DNA from: Anthoceros angustus
Lineage: Eukaryota > Plantae > Anthocerotophyta
NCBI GenBank assembly: GCA_010909165.1
Contig: MU008167.1
Coordinates: forward strand, 1,302,001 to 1,366,000
Direction of reading: 5' to 3'
DNA length: 64,000 bases
Positions 60,601-64,000 of this stretch are shown here, in pieces. The translations under genes and the position numbers were made by a program. The notes under the pieces were generated by a model that saw only the letters and a program-made list of their open reading frames with translations, was not told the origin of the DNA and made no database searches. The first letter of the stretch is position 1, and every line of letters starts with the position of its first letter.

Positions 60601-63085
60601 CACAACGCGGTACCAACCCCAAAGGAAAATCACATTACGGGATGGCAAACCCTCTTATCGCTCCCAAAGGCCTTTATTATATCCCTAAAATTGGCCACGC
60701 CTACCTACCCACGCCAAGTGACGCCAGATCCTGCGCGATCTACTATGTCTACTGGCGTGAGGCTAATGCTGGACCTGGGTCCACCGCAACCCAATCCAAA
60801 CCGTGGCACCCGAGGGGCTCTAACTGGTTATTCTCGACCCTCGCAGCCTTGGCAGAGGCCCCACCCCTACCTCAAACCGGTCATTTGTGCCACGGGGGTG
60901 TGACAATCGGTCGATTATTAAATCTTCCTCCTGCTCACCGGGTGGCGGATGCACCGTGGTCTCTTCGTTGCCCCTTGTGCTATGGTTGGTCCTCTACCCT
61001 TGGTTCGTCCGAGGTCCGCTCGCCTTGGGCTGTTGGGTCATTCCCCAACCAAGTCCTCCCTAACGTCGGGCGGACCTCTAAGTCCACCCTCGCATAGGGA
61101 GTCCTGACTGGTTTGTTCCTATATCGAGTTTGACCTCCAAGTCCGCCTCGCCTCGGGGAGTCAGACCTTTAAGTCCAACCTCGCCTCGAGTCCAGGACCT
61201 TCAAGTCCGGCCCGCCTCTGGACCTCGGCACTTCCACACTGAGGCCACCTCCCATCCGGCCTTCTTCCTCAAGCTCCCTTACACCCCCCAAGCGGGTCTT
61301 TGAGTCAGAGACCTACCTCTTGGTCCCAGGCGCTTCTCCACTTGGTGATCGTCGTCTCTCCGACATGCCCTCCCTCGGCCTTCTTCCTCCTCTCTCCACC
61401 ACCGGGCTCCTGTGACGCACCGCTTCCTCTCTAGGCTACCTCAGAGCTCCTCTGGTGACCCTCATTTTCTGAGCCCAGGTGGCGCGGCACTCGCCCAGGG
61501 GCTCGGCGTGGTAGTAGGCGAAGTCCAGTGAAACGCTTTGGATGGCCTCCTCCACATGAGCCCTCGGACTGAGTACTCCCACCTTCATAGGTGCTCGGGC
61601 AGTAGGGCGTGCTCTTAGCACATTGGGCCGTCCCTCTCCAACGCCTTCTAGCCGGGCCCTTGCGGCATCCTTGGAGGTCAAGGAAGCTTGACAGCTCTGG
61701 CTTGCTTCTGGTTGGCGAGCTCCATCTCCTATTCCCTATGGGCGGCCGATTAATTTTGATTAAGGAAGGGGATTCCCCCCTCCGCCCGATGCGACGGACC
61801 CGGCGACTTTTGTTCCTCTGCTTCCACTTGTATTGGTCCGTCCTGCTGACTTAGGAGTCCCATCTCCCTCTCGAGCCATTCCGGGCTGTATTAGGCGGGT
61901 GGCATCGGCGAGCCCCTCTTGAGCTCGCTCGATGTCAGCTACTGCTCCTTTGGTGGCTTTCCTCCACCCTAGGCGTAGCTGGAGCTGCCCACCTCCCGCT
62001 CATGGTCCCTGGTCGGCCACAGAAGAATCCAGTTCCTCTCCTCCACCACCGGGCTGTAGCTCGGGGTCTCCTTCTCGCCTTTCACTTGTTTGCGTGCCTC
62101 GTCGGCCTCCACAGGCTGCGTGCGGAGGTCTTCCATCACCCCGCTTTCTTGCATCTCCACCCATGGGCCGCATGCCTCGCTCCGAGGCCGCATGCTCCTC
62201 AAAGTAGCCGGTGGCTGCCTAGCCGCCTCCTCCGGGGTTCCTCCTACGTAGGTGGTCCCTATCTGCTTTTGGCATTGGCCTCGCCTCTGCTCCCCTTCTG
62301 CTTGAGCCTCCGTGAGCTTGCCTCCTCTCAGGCACTGCCGAGGCTTGGGCATCCTCCGCCTGCCTCCTCCACCTCCGCCTGCCTCCTCCCTTGTTGACTG
62401 GGCCTCCTCGCATGCCTGAGCTCAGGTGCTTCACTGCTCACACCGGCACCTGCCTCGGCCCCGGGCGGACCTCGCCTCCATAATGGCCGCCATCCGGCCG
62501 TGGTGGAGCGCCTTCAATCCAAGCTGTGGACTCCGCCTTCCACCCGGCTGCTTGGGCTGCCTCCGCTTGGCCTTGGTGCCGCAGTTGCTCCATCTGGATG
62601 GTCCTTCCGCTGAGAATGGCCACCCCATCTGAGTGAAGTGAAGGATCCGGGCATGGCGGCGCGGCCTCCGACTGCCGAGGGATTAGCGCCCCTGCAGCAT
62701 CCAAGTGCGCCTTCCTGTCCATCCCATCCATGTGGCGGTGCAAGGTTGAATTAGGTTCAACGGTCACAAGGGCTTGACAAGACAGTGCTCACATGGCACC
62801 ATAATCTTCCCTTCTTCCTCACAATGTAGGCGCCAACATGGCTGTCCCAAGATGGTTTGGGGTAGAGGTGCCACAGTGCGCCTTGTGCTCTAGTCGAAAT
62901 GTGAGTGTCGCCATTGTTACCTCCAATGCGCAATCTTGTCTCGATTGGCTACCCTTTGGCCTTGGCTTCATTCCGCTAGACCGGTTTTGAAGCACTTGAA
63001 TTGCTAACCCGCTTTTGTAGGTGTCCCACCGAGTTCGGCCGTCCCTCCTAGCTGATACCTGTGCTCCGGATGCTTCTGGAAACAC
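57700..63085. other. Gene-poor region of probable transposon debris with decayed ORFs
   Basis: No intron-exon host genes are recognisable. It has short direct repeats (ccaacctcaccagact at ~57978 and ~58080) and strongly strand-skewed fragmentary ORFs at 61.4-62.8 kb. Confidence 0.4.
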
Positions 63086-63940
63086 ATTATGACTAAATGG
63101 CCAATCTTATTGCAGTGTGAGCAATGCAAGCCCTCAACGGGGAGCTTGCAGCTAATTAAGTGATCCGCCTACCACATTGCACAACATTGCCGAGGTAGTC
63201 GCACTGCTGGTTTTGGTCAGCCCAACTGAGCGGGCTTGGAAATCCCTGATCCTGCACCTCCAGACGTGTTCCCCTTGCTGGAGAACATACTGTGACAGTG
63301 CATGAAGGCTTTGGAGTGCCGAGAAGCATACGTTGAGAATGCGATCTCCTTACACTCCGCCTCCTCATGGACCTATTCCAAGGTGTAGCTATCCCCGTAT
63401 TTGTCCACCAAAGAGGTGATGAGTTGGAAATGAAACAAAGGGTCCCCTTGCAGCGCTGTGAGAAATTTCTCGGCTGCCTCCTGGTCAGTCAACATCCCCG
63501 TGCCCTCCCGCAACTTCTGAAGCTTGCATAAGGTCATTTGCACAGTCTCCCTCTTCTTGCAGGCGAAGTTCGCCAGCTCAGCAATCTTCTCGAGAGTCTT
63601 GAGCGGAAACACCTTCTCTAGAATTGCCATGAATTCCTCCACAGGGTTGACATACTTGGGAGTTTGGATGAACTCCGGACTCCCCAATGGGTGCCACTCT
63701 CAGCGCATCGACTCACCACGGATGGCGGCTGAACACGGATGGCGGTGAGCGGTGGGCACCAAGCCCCTCCCGGGCCGATCTTGGCTGATGGGCGCTCACC
63801 GTAGGCACTTGCCATTGTAATAAGCAAGCTGCAACGCTCCTTGAAATTGAGGATTCATGGTGGAAACCATGGAGGACAATCCGCCTGGTGCGCTTCGTAT
63901 AGATCCAATGCTTCGTTCGCCAAGTAGCTTGAAAGTCCAA
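63085..63940 (-). mobile_element. Decayed retrotransposon gag-like region
   Basis: VEEFMAILEKVFP..KKRETVQMTLCKLQKL..EAAEKFLTAL resembles retrotransposon capsid helices. It is broken by stops and frameshifts. Confidence 0.5.
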
Positions 63941-64000
63941 AATCCCGCAAAGGTTGCGTGCCAGGTCTTCCAGAAAATCTATCCTGCCTGTATGAGGGGC

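Overview
Eukaryotic land-plant nuclear DNA from a compact genome: 60-110 bp introns, genes 100-150 bp apart, PLS-type PPR and F-box debris. This fits a lycophyte such as Selaginella or a hornwort, but the assignment is inference only. The window has three zones. (1) 1-30.7 kb is a tandem array of a ~9.7-kb composite unit: LTR-like block, GATGCTAGGC decamers, KPK-type codon repeat, gypsy-like gag-protease, alpha-amylase catalytic domain, PPR-containing block, decayed copia. It runs directly into the resident amylase gene and gives two near-complete and two partial extra amylase copies that lack the 5' end. This zone has many 1-bp homopolymer deficits and microhomology-bounded template jumps, so part of it may be assembly artefact. 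(2) 31-55 kb is a clean gene-dense block: trypsin-like peptidase, TERC, ALG13, an AT-rich rhamnogalacturonan lyase, BRUTUS, PDK, MDP1 and a small plastid protein. It also holds a hAT MITE, a tRNA-Gly-derived sequence and short tandem arrays. BRUTUS carries a near-perfect 311-bp intra-exonic tandem duplication that truncates the protein unless it is removed as a new GT-AG intron. (3) 55-64 kb contains a degenerate F-box-type gene and retroelement debris. Coordinates inside repeats are approximate; nothing was checked against databases.
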